From Octopus vulgaris (lineage: Eukaryota), in contig OX597817.1 of the NCBI GenBank assembly GCA_951406725.2, forward strand, positions 102,734,001-102,798,000: a DNA stretch of 64,000 nt, in the 5' to 3' direction. The notes beneath the pieces were generated by a model, which saw only the letters and a program-made list of their open reading frames with translations, had not been told where the DNA came from and made no database searches. The first letter of the stretch is position 1; the number at the start of each line of letters is the position of its first letter. The translations under genes were made by a program, and so were the position numbers. Below are positions 1-11,958 of this stretch, in pieces.

Positions 1-96
<96 letters not shown>

Positions 97-98
97 AG
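1..98. repeat. (TAGA)n-(GA)n microsatellite
   Basis: Direct inspection. Confidence 0.98.
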
Positions 99-184
99 AT
101 ACATACACTCTTACATATATACATGCATACACATATCGCTTGAGAGATACACACGCGCACACACATTTACATATGTATGTATGT

Positions 185-603
185 ATGTTATTGTTCAGTT
201 TTATTGCAAGATTTCTTGCCAGTAGAGAAAGAGCCGGTTTCTAACCTAGATTCAAGGTTCAACAGGCTATTTTTGTTTGTATGTATATATGTACGTATGT
301 ATGTATATGTGCAGATTTGTATGTTTTGCTTTATGTATGTATTCTCGTGAATATCTAGACATGCTCATATATATTTAAATGATAAACTTCTGGAAAGTTT
401 TACAGATTTTTACAGTTCCAGTGACGGATTGGCTCTGTAGTCTTCGAATTAGCTTTCTCCTTTCTGGTTTTGAGAAGCCAAATTTCTCAAGATTGGTATT
501 TAGGCAGTATGTTACATATAGCAGGCCCCAATAATTACAGGTATGAACCTGAACTTGTAATCTGGATAGAGTAACTGCAGAATTCTCAATAGTTCAGCGT
601 ATC
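185..603 (-). mobile_element. 3' end of R4/Dong-like (RLE-type) non-LTR retrotransposon
   Basis: Minus translation YAELLRILQLLYPDYKFRFIPVIIG...NLEKFGFSKPERRKLIRRLQSQSVTGTVKICKTFQKFII* resembles the C-terminus of a restriction-like endonuclease. 3' UTR ends aataaaactgaacaataa into (CATA)n. Confidence 0.75.
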
Positions 604-1149
604 CAGTGGGGCAGCTCCAGTTCTGGAGTTCTGGATTTGTGGGGAGCGCGGAATCACCGCGTAATCACCATTACGCCTAGGTTCGCTCTGACCTGGACCG
701 GTAGCACCCTTCAAGGTCCCATCTATGGATTGTATTGATTTTTCAGGGGTAGAGGGGGCTGCCGTTGTTTTTTTGACAGAGCCATGGAGAAGGCAGCTCT
801 TCTAGAAGAAAGATATTCTGACATAAAACTTACTGTCAGAAAGTACCAGTCATCTTGCTGCGTTTGTCACTGGAACCTACGATGTTGACCGAGAGAGTAA
901 CAAAAGTGTTGTACAAGCTTTTGTCACTTAAGTCCAATGACATAAAGATGTCTCACTGTCATTTCATTTCTTGATCCCTCTTGTATTTCATAAAATTCTC
1001 TGGTGATTGATGCGTGGTCAAAAGTCATATACGAGGATGAAAGTAGATCAGAACAATCAGGTTGAATGTGAGACGCCTATCACTTGAGAAGATGGGGCAA
1101 TCATCATCTATGGATGGATGGATGGATGGATGGATGGATGGATGTCATC

Positions 1150-1258
1150 AGTCTTAATTCAAGATTTCCTGCCAATAGAGAAAGAGCCGGTTTCTAACCT
1201 AGATCCAAGGCTCTTTCATTGAAATTTGAACAACATCAACAGGGTATTTTTATTTGTA
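1150..1258 (-). mobile_element. 3' UTR fragment of the same R4/Dong-like family
   Basis: Matches 205-290 (caagattt...agagaaagagccggtttctaacctagat); lies between (TGGA)n and (TATG)n. Confidence 0.7.
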
Positions 1259-1431
1259 TGTATGTATGTATGTATGTATGTATGTATGTATGTATGTATG
1301 TATGTATGTATGTATGTATGTATGTATGCATGTATGTATGTATGCATGCATGCATACATGTATGTATGTATGTATGTATGTATGTATGTATGGATGGATG
1401 GATGGATGGATGGATGGATGGATGATGGATC

Positions 1432-1470
<39 letters not shown>
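1254..1470. repeat. Compound (TATG)n-(TGGA)n-(TG)n microsatellite
   Basis: Direct inspection. Many similar tracts elsewhere, e.g. 1694-1815, 2116-2220, 11538-11590, 14583-14642, 16460-16680, 18912-19062, 20370-20452, 37497-37568, 44800-44893, 51045-51143, 52103-52186, 52503-52635, 59718-59806. Confidence 0.98.
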
Positions 1471-1471
<1 letters not shown>

Positions 1472-1479
1472 CTCTTTCT

Positions 1480-1692
1480 CTTTTTAATTTAGAATAAATT
1501 TTAGCCGACCATCTTCTACCTGGTAGCTTGGTTGTGAAGGAAAGTGTTTTCTTTTAACCATCATCCTTTAAATCTCAAGAAGGTCTTTCAGATTTTCATT
1601 GTCCCGGATATTGTGATCATTTGTAATATATCAGTTAAGAATTTGCATTCTCACCCCAAAATCCCAAGTCCAGACATACCTTGTTCCAGACG
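1480..1692 (-). mobile_element. 3' fragment of a related RLE-type LINE
   Basis: Minus translation ...LTDILQMITISGTMKI*KTFLRFKG resembles the C-terminus at 185-603; abuts (TATG)n. Confidence 0.5.
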
Positions 1693-1885
1693 GGTATGTA
1701 TGTATGTATGTATGTATGTATGTATGTATGTATGTATGTATGTATGTATGTATGTATGTATGTATGTATGTATGTATGTATGTATGCATGCATGTATAAA
1801 TGTGTGTGTGTGTATGCGTGTAGAAAATTTTTAAAAAATTAAGAGTAAACTATTATTTTAACTTCTACATTTGTTTATTTTTTAC

Positions 1886-2004
1886 TTCTCTAAATTCTTT
1901 TGCACATTTTGATAATGTGCAGCATGAAGAGTTTTCTGAATCACTTGGGTACAAATAATTCTGAGTAAATGAACATTCCCAGTCCAAATGAAAATTGTCA
2001 GCAG
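1886..2004 (-). CDS. Candidate internal exon, possibly the start of an extracellular domain (SEA-like?)
   Basis: Acceptor ttttattttgctttcccaag, phase-1 entry matching the TM exon, open frame ADNFHLDWECSFTQNYLYPSDSENSSCCTLSKCAKEFRE, weaker donor gtaaaa. Confidence 0.4.
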
Positions 2005-2112
2005 CTTGGGAAAGCAAAATAAAAGAAATAAGCATGGTCGTATTCATATCGTGTATAATTCAACCCGACCAACGCCCTATATTGCACGAATATGCATGTA
2101 CGTGCATATACA

Positions 2113-2210
<98 letters not shown>

Positions 2211-2498
2211 TGCGTGCGTGTTAAATAAGGTTACTTTGAAAATAACAGTGGAGCATTTGTTGGTGAGACGATTCAGAGTAAAATCAAATTTATTGAGTGT
2301 AGTTTTTAATGTACAAAATGACAAAATGGTCACGACTGTAATACATTTAATTATAGATTTACTCAATGTTTTACATGTAGTTAAGCAGCATCAACAACGA
2401 CAACTTATCTAAGAGGAGCAAGTGTTCTCACAGTAACGCTTGAAGTAATATGTTTATAAATTCTATAGAAGAAATTATTTCTAACCTTGAACTAAATA

Positions 2499-3763
2499 CG
2501 AGGGTCGGCTGAAAAGTTCATAGACTAACTCATAGAGTGTGACCAAATGAGGTTTATTTTTCAACATAGTTCCCCTTTGTGTTCCACACACTTCTTCCTT
2601 CGGTCTTGCTGCGTTTGAATCCCATTTGTCACGAAGCTTTCATATTGTTGTCAAAAAAGTCAACAGCTAATATAACGTCATCATCACTTCGATACTGGCT
2701 CCCAGCCAAGTATTTTCTTATGTTGAGGAAAAGATGATAGCCAGATGGGATCAAATCAGGAGAATAGGGAGGCTGACAAGCCAATTCAAAGGCTCAGTCA
2801 CACACTGCAGCCATTGTAACCAAGGACTTGCGCCTGATGAAACCAGACCCTTTACATCAGTTTTCCTGGTCGTTTGGTCTTCATATCTTCTTGCAACTGC
2901 CTCAGCAAGTTGGCATACTAGTCTGCATTGATGATGTGTCCCTTTTGAAGATATTCATTAAACACAATACTTTTTGCGTCCCCCAAAAAACTGAGGCCAT
3001 CACCGTCTCTGCAGATGAAACGACCTTGGCTTTCTTTGGAGCAGGTGAGGAGGAGTGTTTCAACTGCATGAACTGTCTCTTTGTCTCTAGCTCAAAGTGA
3101 TGAACCCAACACTCATGCTGGGTTTGGAAACGTTCAAGGAAACAAGTTGGATCTGCCTCAAACAATATCGGATTTTCCTGTGATGTGATCAGTCTGGTAC
3201 TCTTTTGATCAGGTGTCAGAAGACGTGGCACCCTCCGAGAAGAAACCTTCGCCATGACAAGTTCATTGTGCAGAATATTTTCATCACTCTCATGAGATAT
3301 TCTAATAGCATTGGCTATTTGATTTATAGTCAATCGTCTGTTATCACCATGTGGTAAACACAAGCAATGTTATCCCTGGTGGTGGCAGTTGCAGGACGTC
3401 CACACTTTGAGTCATCTTCAAGACTCTACCATCCCTTTCTAAATTCAGCTGCCTAATATTGCATTGTCGATAAAGCTAGATCGGCATCTCCTAATGTAGC
3501 AACGATGTCAGCATGAATGTCATTGGATGTTAGACCCTTTTTCTGCTGGTACTTGATGAAACGATGATGCCAAACTTTGTCGATTTTCAAGGGAAGTCGT
3601 TACCAGTCACCTTTGAAGTATTCTTTGAACAGTGAGATGTGAGTTTACCTGGAATGAAACAATGCAATTATTAATAAGATGAGTGAATTTAATATGTGCA
3701 AGATTTCGCAGCTCTAGCATCATTCCTTCAATCTCAGCCTATGAACTTTTCAGCCTACCCTTG
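2499..3763 (-). mobile_element. Mariner-type DNA transposon family A, degenerate transposase
   Basis: TA-flanked TIRs cgagggtcggctgaaaagttcatag / ctatgaacttttcagcctacccttg. Minus-strand transposase pieces include DNRRLTINQIA, RVPRLLTPDQK, ECWVHHFELETKRQ, PKKAKVVSSA and YSPDLIPSG. Confidence 0.92.
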
Positions 3764-4510
3764 TAAACTTTTGGCTTATGGTTCAAAACAAGCAGGACTT
3801 TCATTGTTATTCTTCCCTTTTTCTCTACGCATGCACACTTAATCAGATTAATTCGGAGAAGAGAACCATTAATCACTTTCAACCATGTATAAATAAATTG
3901 TTCTTTGTTTACAGTTGATCACTTCGAAATCAAAAAGAGCTGTCAAAATATGCCTCTCAAATAAAAACAAACTTACAAACTAGGCCGTTTTTGACTAATT
4001 CGTTCGGAATGGTTTGAGCAATATGGAAAAAATTATGAAACATAGTATATTTATTTTGCGAGAAAATGAAGGATGAAACAGAATTTGGTAGTGACAGAAA
4101 AAAATTTGTAATGATCTGTTGAAAAGATTCTTTTCGTAACAGATTCCATTGGGCTCAGCTCTAATACGTTACATGGGCTTATTCCCTGACAGATTGTTTA
4201 CAGAAATAAACTATTACAATTGTCTGTGCAGATAATTCGATCTAAAGAGACTGAAAGAAAAACTTAGTGGAAAAGTTCAAGAGTTTGAAAAGATGAAGTT
4301 TAGGGAGAGAAAAAAACTAACTTAACAATAAAATTGATTTTATTCATAATAATACAGATTCTTACTAGTCTTATAAACATTTCCAAGCGCCGTATGTTTA
4401 CGATAGTTTCCTTGAAACGGTCTCAAATTCCTAAGTATTTAAGCATTTATTTAAATAGAAATATAATTATTTCTAATTCTCTCTAAATGAGACTACGGAG
4501 CGGTACAGGA

Positions 4511-4895
4511 TATTAATAGTTATCGCCAAGCTAACATGGCAGTCCAGAAAAATAGGACGAATGCTGCCGTTGATTAGCTCCAAGAGGCCATCGCCTCTAG
4601 CTAGCTATGTGACACGCAAACCTGTGTCCATTATAACCTTCGAACAGGGGAGGTCAGCAGCTTCCACTTGCTGGTCTGGCATCCACAGACTAGTTTCGAG
4701 GTGGTTGTCTCTTATCAATGTGGAGTAACCGAACCCAAAGGGAAGCTGCTGACCTCCCCTGGTCGAAGGTTATAATGGACACAGGTTTGTGTGTCACATA
4801 GCTAGCTAGAGACGATGGCCTCTTGGAGATATTCAACACCAACATTCGTCCTATTTTTCTGGACTGCCATGTTAGCTTGGCGATAACTATTAATA
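4511..4895. mobile_element. Foldback MITE with 155-bp inverted arms
   Basis: 4511-4665 is the near-perfect reverse complement of 4741-4895; 75-bp spacer; ends tattaatag...ctattaata. Confidence 0.92.
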
Positions 4896-4994
4896 CATTT
4901 ATTTAAACATTTCAGCAAAATGAAATGTATACTCTTGATAATAGTTACTGACCGGCTGAAGGACCGCCAAATTTTAGAGAAGATTTCAATATCA

Positions 4995-5456
4995 ATTTCA
5001 AATTTTGGCACAAGACCAGCAATTTCGAGGGAGGGTGTAAGTCGATTACATCGATCCCAGCCCTCGGCAGAGTTTGGACTCAGAACGTAAAGCCGGAAGA
5101 AATGCCCCTAAGCAATTTCCTCGGCGTGGTAACGATTTTGCTGGCTCGCTGCCTTCTGAGAAGGTTTTAATATTAACCCCATGTAGAAAGTTTCAGTTTT
5201 TTTTCCCCGGTGTATTTCTCCGGTGTATTTCAGATATTGGTTTCACATTTTGGTACAAAGCCAGCAATTTCGGGGGAGGGGATAAGTCAATTAAATCGAC
5301 TCCAGGGTTCAACTGGTACTTACGTATTTTATCGACTTCGAAAGGATAAAAGGTAATGTCGACCGCGGCGGAATTTGAACTCAGAATGTAAAGACGGACG
5401 AAATACCGCTAAGCATTTCGCCCGGCGTGCTAACGATTCAGCCAGCTCGCCACCTT
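4995..5456 (-). mobile_element. tRNA-derived SINE family A, two adjacent copies (4995-5155 deleted, 5240-5456)
   Basis: Reverse complement of the head ggcggcgagctggcagaatcgttagc...gagttcaaattccgcc (A/B-box-like) plus the core gtcgac.ttgcctttcatcctttcggggtcgataaa. Confidence 0.85.
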
Positions 5457-6115
5457 TTCCTTAAGATATTAATTAGATAAGCATAGGTATGCATCTTCCG
5501 AGATCTGAACCCATTATTTAGCTGTTTACAGCTTATTTCAATTTGTACTGCTGAATGAGAGAGAATCTAGTCGCACCAACTTCAGTCACACGTACTAACT
5601 CAATAACACACTAATAATGCATTCTCCCGAATTACGTATCAACATTTATATTGGTTAAACTATATGAAGCCCCTGTTGTTCTATGGAGTCCTCAACGGTT
5701 GTCATATCATTACCTCGGTATCATAGATCAGCAGATGACACCAGAACAAGAGTTAATTCAAATTCGCAAACATAAATTACGCTCGACTCTGTGAAAATTA
5801 GTTGACCCTTCTCCTTGTTGGCTTTTAATAAGTAATTACTCACGTTTTTGCTAGCTTGATAATTCTATTTTATGATAATTAGTGAATACAAAATGCACCC
5901 TGTAATCGCGTAATATACATTATTATATTATTAAATAAAGTACTATACGTTTTATATTTCCACTTATACAAGGAAATGTTGTGATAAGCTGCAATCTCAT
6001 TGGTGCCTTAATTATTAATGACAGTTGGGTGTGAAATACAAACAGATAAGGGACATGTAGGTAATTGGGAAAATGTTGTCAACTTAAGCACCTCTAATAA
6101 TTATCGCTTCACTCC

Positions 6116-6560
6116 TGGCGTGGGTGTGTGATAAGAAACTTGATTCGCAATCACATGGTTCCAGGTTCGGTCCCACCGCAAGGCACCTTGGGCAAGTGTC
6201 TTCTACTATAGCCCCGGGCCGACAAAAGCCTTGTGAGTGGATTTGGTAGATGTAAATTGAACGAAACCCGTTGTATATATATGTGTATGTATGTATGTAT
6301 GTATGTATGTATGTATGTATGTATGTATGTATGTATGTATGTATGTATGTATGTATGTATGTATGTGTGTGTGTGCGCGCGTGTATGATGTCAGTTTCTC
6401 CACCGCTGCTTGGCAACTGGTGTTGGTTTGTTTACGTCCTCGTAACATAGCGCCTCGGCAAAAGAGGCTGATAGAACGAGTACCAGATTTGAAACATAAT
6501 ATAGTCGATTTGTTCGACTAAACTCTATAAGGCAGTACCCCAGCATGGCCGAATCTTTTA
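6116..6560 (+). mobile_element. tRNA-derived CORE-like SINE family B with internal microsatellite
   Basis: Head ggcgtgggtgtgtgataag...ggttcggtccc, core ccttgggcaagtgtcttctactatagccccgggccg, internal (TATG)n, tail ccagcatggcc. Confidence 0.85.
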
Positions 6561-6619
6561 TCTTTTACTCGTTCCAATAACAGAAACGAGTTAAAGATAA
6601 AACATAAAAGATACGTACC

Positions 6620-6844
6620 TATGTGAAAATCTCATCGAAAATCAAAGAGAAAGCGGATAGCTACGGACAACTGCTTCGAAACTTTCAGTTTCTATATCTA
6701 GATTATAAATTCACATTTATACCACTAATCATTAGTACACTTGGTTTTTTGAGTAAATGCTTAAGTGATAATCTGGATAAGCTAAGGTTTTCAGAAAAAG
6801 AAATCAACCAGCTAATTCGCACATCTATATCTATAAAAGGCAGG

Positions 6845-6889
<45 letters not shown>

Positions 6890-8765
6890 TGAATGTAATT
6901 TATGCACGGTCACAAATTAGCACGCATGTTGCTCCAATATCAGGAGGACATTGGTCACGACCATGTCTGTGTTTTTGTCAACTTATTTTCCTCGAGGCAC
7001 TCGTGGATAGCGGTAAAAATCGATTTTCAACCATAACTTTTACCAATTTCCACATCGGTGATATCCGTAAGTTTGCTAACAGGAGTTAAGTCCCCTGTCT
7101 GACAAAAAAGAAAAACAAAGGGTAAATGTTTAGATTAACACACGCACAATTTTCACTTACAAAAAAGAACTCGGATTTTTTGCATGTAATGAAGTACCCT
7201 GACTTCCTAATATGCTGCAAATCTCTTATTTTGGTTCGGAAAAAAAAGGGGGATAGGGCGAGGGGGACCCCCACCCCACCCCGGAATACCTGTGACCACC
7301 TACTATGCTACAAAACCCTTTTGGGGTCCGAAAAATGGGGTGGGGTGAGGTGGAAGCCTCGGACCCCCCCCCCCCAATTGATATTATCACCCGCACGATT
7401 TTCACGAAGAGAAAAAATAAAAATTGGATTTTTTGCCTGTGTGTGGAATCAAGTACCCTGACCTCCTAATAAGCTGCAAATCCCTTATTTTCGTTCGGAA
7501 AAAAGGTTTGTTTGTTTTTTTAATGAATTCCTGTGACCTCCTAATATGCTTCAAAACCCTTTGGGGGGTGCAAAAACGGGGTGTGATGAGGTGGAGGCCT
7601 CAGAAATTTTACCCACTCCCAACATTTTACAGAAATAAATTTTCCAAGGTGTGAATTACATGGTTCTTTATTAAATATAATAAAGCGTGCAAACCTTCGA
7701 TGCAACCTTCTCCAATGCAGACCTTCGATGCAGATCTCCGAGGCAATCTTCTCCAATGTATATCTTCGATGCAGCCTTGATCGGAGGGGTTAGGACTAGA
7801 TCGGGATTAGTCGCTGCCTTTTAGAAGCTCCCGAGCCCCCTTTCGCTAGGTTAGCTTAGGGTTAGGTTAAGGCTTAGTTGTGATCCGAACATAACCTCTT
7901 CTGACACAGAGGATCGGGAACCCTTTTGGGTGTTCTATTTTCCTTGCCGGATGGTTCTCAACCCATAGGTAAAGTGGGGTTAGATGATAGGAGGTTTCGA
8001 AAGGGCCGGCATTTGCAACCTGATCAACTCTGCCGATCAAACTCCCAACCCATGCGTTCCCATCGCGACACTGATTCTGCAGAACTTGGTTGGGTGTGCA
8101 AACCAGCTTTAAAGTATAAATATGGATTTTTTGAATCAGCAATGTTGTGTTCGTTTAAGTCCTATTTAGGTGAAAAATCAATAAACTGATTCCTTATGGG
8201 GTTTTCCATTCAATCAGGATGAAAAATCGATAAACCGCTTCCTTATAGGATTTCCCACTAAAATTGGCTACACCCCATTTTCAACCATAAATTTTATCAA
8301 TTCTGATGTATTTTCAAACTTGATACCGGAATTACTTAGGACTCATGGGATCTATGAATCCTTTAAGTGACCCCCCCCCCCAAAAAAAAAACAATCGATG
8401 AGTGGAAAAACCGATAAACCGATTCCTTAAGGGATTTCCCGATCAAATTGTCTGCAACCCATTTTCAGCCAAAGCTTACCAATTTCAATGGATTTCGCTC
8501 AAATTTGATGTCAGTGGTATTTAGTTTGGTTTGAAACAAAGCGCTTGATTAACTTAATAATCCTAATTTAATCCCGGGCAACTCCGGCCTATACTGCGAG
8601 TCGCAAATAAACTTTTGTTAGTGAAACAGTAAGACTTTACTCAAAATTTAAAATGTGACGTTTTATTCATCTACATTCCAACGACGGAGCTTTATATCTT
8701 TGTTAGAAACCATCTTCTTCGTTACAGGAAAATTTCAAATAATTAAAAAGAAGAAAACATACATA
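6620..8765 (+). mobile_element. RLE-type LINE 3' fragment split by a Helitron (pieces 6620-6823 and 8601-8765)
   Basis: KIKEKADSYGQLLRNFQFLYLDYKFTFIPLIISTLG...EINQLIRT resumes after 8600 as a degenerate continuation ending KM*. The following 3' UTR (ttccaacgacggagc...gttagaaacc) resembles that of 185-603. Confidence 0.65.
6824..8600 (+). mobile_element. Non-autonomous Helitron-like element
   Basis: 5' end A|TCTATATCTATAAAAGG then (TG)n; 3' hairpin ccgggcaactccgg followed by tgcgag|T (degenerate CTAG). Inserted between A and T with no TSD. Internal imperfect duplications (7195-7340 vs 7453-7600; 8185-8330 vs 8405-8520). Confidence 0.7.
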
Positions 8766-8869
8766 TATAAATCTATTTAGCACGTTAGCAAGTATGTGAT
8801 CAAAAGAAGTGATCGAGCTGGAGGGTTGTTTTTTTTACTAAACTGGCAGATACATCAGCACTATGAAAG

Positions 8870-11185
8870 GGTGTGGCAAATTCTGAAATTGTCGATCCAT
8901 AAACACCACCTGAGTATTATGCACTTAGGTATTCATCAAGAAAGAATATAATTTACTGAGAAAAATATTCGGTATCGCATTCAACGAGTGTCTAGATTCA
9001 GTCTCACAGCATTCTATGTTAAACTGTGATGTCTCAAGATACTACATTTGGGAAGAGAAAATAAAATATTTCCAAAATGGCAAGCAAGGTGTTTCTTTAT
9101 ATTCGACGATCCACGTAAGTAATGACCAATGTTTTTATATGCGCCTATCTTTCCATCTTTCATTTGAATCTCTAAAAACTGTAAATGGATCCTGGTGGTT
9201 CTGCACTTTCAGAGAAGCATACCAACTCATCTGGCTCCTGAAAGTTGATGACTATTTGAATGGCTATTCTTAATTTCCATCAAAACTTCACAATTTCTTC
9301 ACCAACCTCATCTTTTCGTGCAATCCGCCCATTTCAGTATATATGTGAGAACAGCAGAAAGAATCTATGTCAAAAGGCAAAATTCATCTGTGCGGCCAAC
9401 ATTTACTAGGTCTTCATAGAGAATATATTCAAGTTTGCTTCTTGTATAGTAATGATGTGGTACAGTTTGTATGTAGGAAAATTTTAAATGGTTTTCATAT
9501 TCAGTGACAAAAAAACTGCAGTGAACTGGCAGAATTGTCAGAGTATTGAACAGGGGAGGAAATAAAGATTTTCAGTCCAAGGTAGTGGATGGTGGAACTG
9601 TTAAATGAACAGGTACCATACTTTGTGGTATCTGTTCTGGACTTTTACGTTCTGACATCTGCGACGACACTGCTACCAAAGTGTGTCGGCCCAAGTCAGC
9701 AGCCTCATCCTTGGATAACCTCAGTAGCCTGGGGAGAGAAAATCTATATGCATAGACAACAACCAGTCTTACTCAGGCCTGCCCGACAAAAGCTCTTCTT
9801 AAAGTGAAAGATAATTTCAAAATTCAGTGAGAAACAACATATAACATTTTTCAACTGGATGAGTATATTAAAGACATTAAACCAAAATTTATGCTAGATT
9901 AAAGAAATACTTAAAATGAAGTGGACCAGTTACTTTCTGCAAAGAAACCCGAAGTCCTTTTTTTTAGAGGAACCTAAATCCTCCATTCATGCTGCAGCTT
10001 TCTCTGGCATAGCTGCAACGCTGTTGACAAGTGCAAAAACGGCTTCTTTCATGTTTAAGCTTCCTTTAATGTTTCTGTATTGATACACCTGTCTGATATA
10101 TAGCAGAAATTCAAGCATTGCAGTTGTCCTGAAAGAGAAATGCAGAAAGGGCTCATAAACTGGAATGGATACTGAGGGACATAAGAAAAAAACAATAACA
10201 TCATGAGTAGAACGTCACAGCTTGCTTGTAGGGAGATTCTGCAAAATTCTTCCCCTAATTTCTAAGAGGACAGCATCTGATGTAGCTTCATGCATATCTC
10301 AACGATCATCTTTCTGGAGGCATATCAAGAAATTAACCTTGTCAGTCAACATGAGAATTCTTCAAACACACAGGACAGCAGGCAAAGATGCTAAATAATT
10401 ACTTCAAACTACCCATGGTCAAATTCCAGTTAACAGTGACGGACTTATATAAATCCACTGCTGAGTGTAGAAATAATGTTTGAGCTTGGTAACAAAAGTA
10501 TACTGAAATTTCCATTTTTACTTCAATGGTCACAAATGATTCAAGAAAAAGCTATACTTGTCCCAATAACTAAAACGGTAAATGGATGGATTTTCAGCAT
10601 TTTCATCGTTCTCTGAAGGACTCCATTAAGTACAAACCCTTTGATTCTGATGCAGATCTATCTGAATCTGGAAATTACAGCACATAGTTTAAAATCCACC
10701 ACTTAATCCTGCTGGAATCCCACCATATTTGCTAATCCTGAAGACAAGAACCCATTCTCGTTGAAAATCCACACACCATTCGATGTAGTAATGGGGTTTC
10801 CTTAATGGTAAAGAAAATGTGTACACACCACCGAAGGAAACATTTTGTCAAGTTGTGCCAACTGTAATGTACTTTCATTCCAAGAATCCCTTTCACTCCT
10901 GTGTCCGTATTTAGGTCACTTTGGTATCTTTTATTTGCAATAAGCATCAGCAAAGTACAAAGGCAGTCTCAGGGTCGCTGGAATCAATTGGTATCTTTTA
11001 TTTGCAATAAGCATCAGCAAAGTACAAAGGCAGTCTCAGGGTCGCTGGAATCAATTTGGAACCACATTTTTTATGGTTATTTGTATGTCGTTTTTTCCAT
11101 AGTTGAAAACAGCAAATATTTGTTCTTTTTATCTCCTATCAGAGAAACAAAGACTATTATATATCAACAAGGACAGCAATAGACA
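8870..11185 (+). mobile_element. Degenerate Helitron Rep/helicase (PIF1-like) coding remnant
   Basis: Frameshifted motifs: DVSRYYIW; SFESLKTVNG..FREAY; AAFSGIAATLLTSAKTASFMFKLPL; ILRDIR; LTLSVNMRI; LNPAGIPPYLLILK; FIPRIP; FAISISKVQRQS; YGYLYVVFSIV...TKTIIY. Confidence 0.85.
10921..11054. repeat. Perfect 67-bp tandem duplication
   Basis: ttggtatctttt...gtcgctggaatcaa repeated at 10921-10987 and 10988-11054. Confidence 0.95.
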
Positions 11186-11536
11186 TTTAAAAAGTTACTA
11201 ACTAGAAAAACATTCAGTTATAGTAATTGTGTAAATTAAAACAATTTATTTTCAAAAGTATGTTTTCCGAGAAAATTTTTAAATAGAAAGCATAAAATGT
11301 AAAATTTTCTTTCAGTTTCTATTCAACAAGTTCAACTTGTGAACGATGTTCTGAATTTTTGGGAAACAAAATTTCTAAGTGAATCAACATTCGTAGACCA
11401 AATGAAGATTACCATCATATTTGTAAGCAATTTGCTCATAATATTGTGAATTCATTAGGTTATATTTATTTTAGATGTTAATTTAGGAAGGAAACACCTT
11501 GTTTCTTAATTACTATATATGCATGCGCATTCGTGC

Positions 11537-11593
<57 letters not shown>

Positions 11594-11881
11594 AAAGTAC
11601 GGGTATAGTAGTAGTATATTTGTATGTATATATTTGTATGTATATTTATGTGTGTGTATAAATAGATAGTTTGGTGAGATTCGAAATATCAAATAGGATA
11701 TTTCGGTTGTGTACACAGAGAAAACCAACCCTATGAGTATTTAGCGCCTAAGGGGCTGGTCGAAATTACGCGTAACTATGAGTAGTACGTTGTTGGTATA
11801 CTCTAGGGTGTCCGACGAGTCATAAAATCCCTTGGTGTATTGTAATCAAATGAATAATAACATACGATTGACAATTGTCAG

Positions 11882-11958
11882 CTCATTTCAGCTGTTTCTT
11901 ATGTAATAGAAGAATGAGAACATTACATCATTATAAAAGACCGTAATCATCAGATGAG
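11882..11958 (-). ncRNA. Degenerate hammerhead-like motif
   Basis: Minus strand ctcat CTGATGA ttacg...cataa GAAA cagctg aa atgag: stem I ctcat/atgag, palindromic stem III, but U16.1 replaced by A. Confidence 0.4.

Noticed and set aside
826-960. Minus-strand exon ending at gtaagt (about 833)
   Set aside because: Weak acceptor and stop codons in the frames checked
1219-2412. ORFs rich in MYVC, CV, HT, YI or ER repeats here and throughout the track
   Set aside because: Translations of microsatellites, not genes
7846-7877. Interstitial telomere (TTAGG/TTAGGG-like)
   Set aside because: Only a few degenerate units, inside the Helitron-like element
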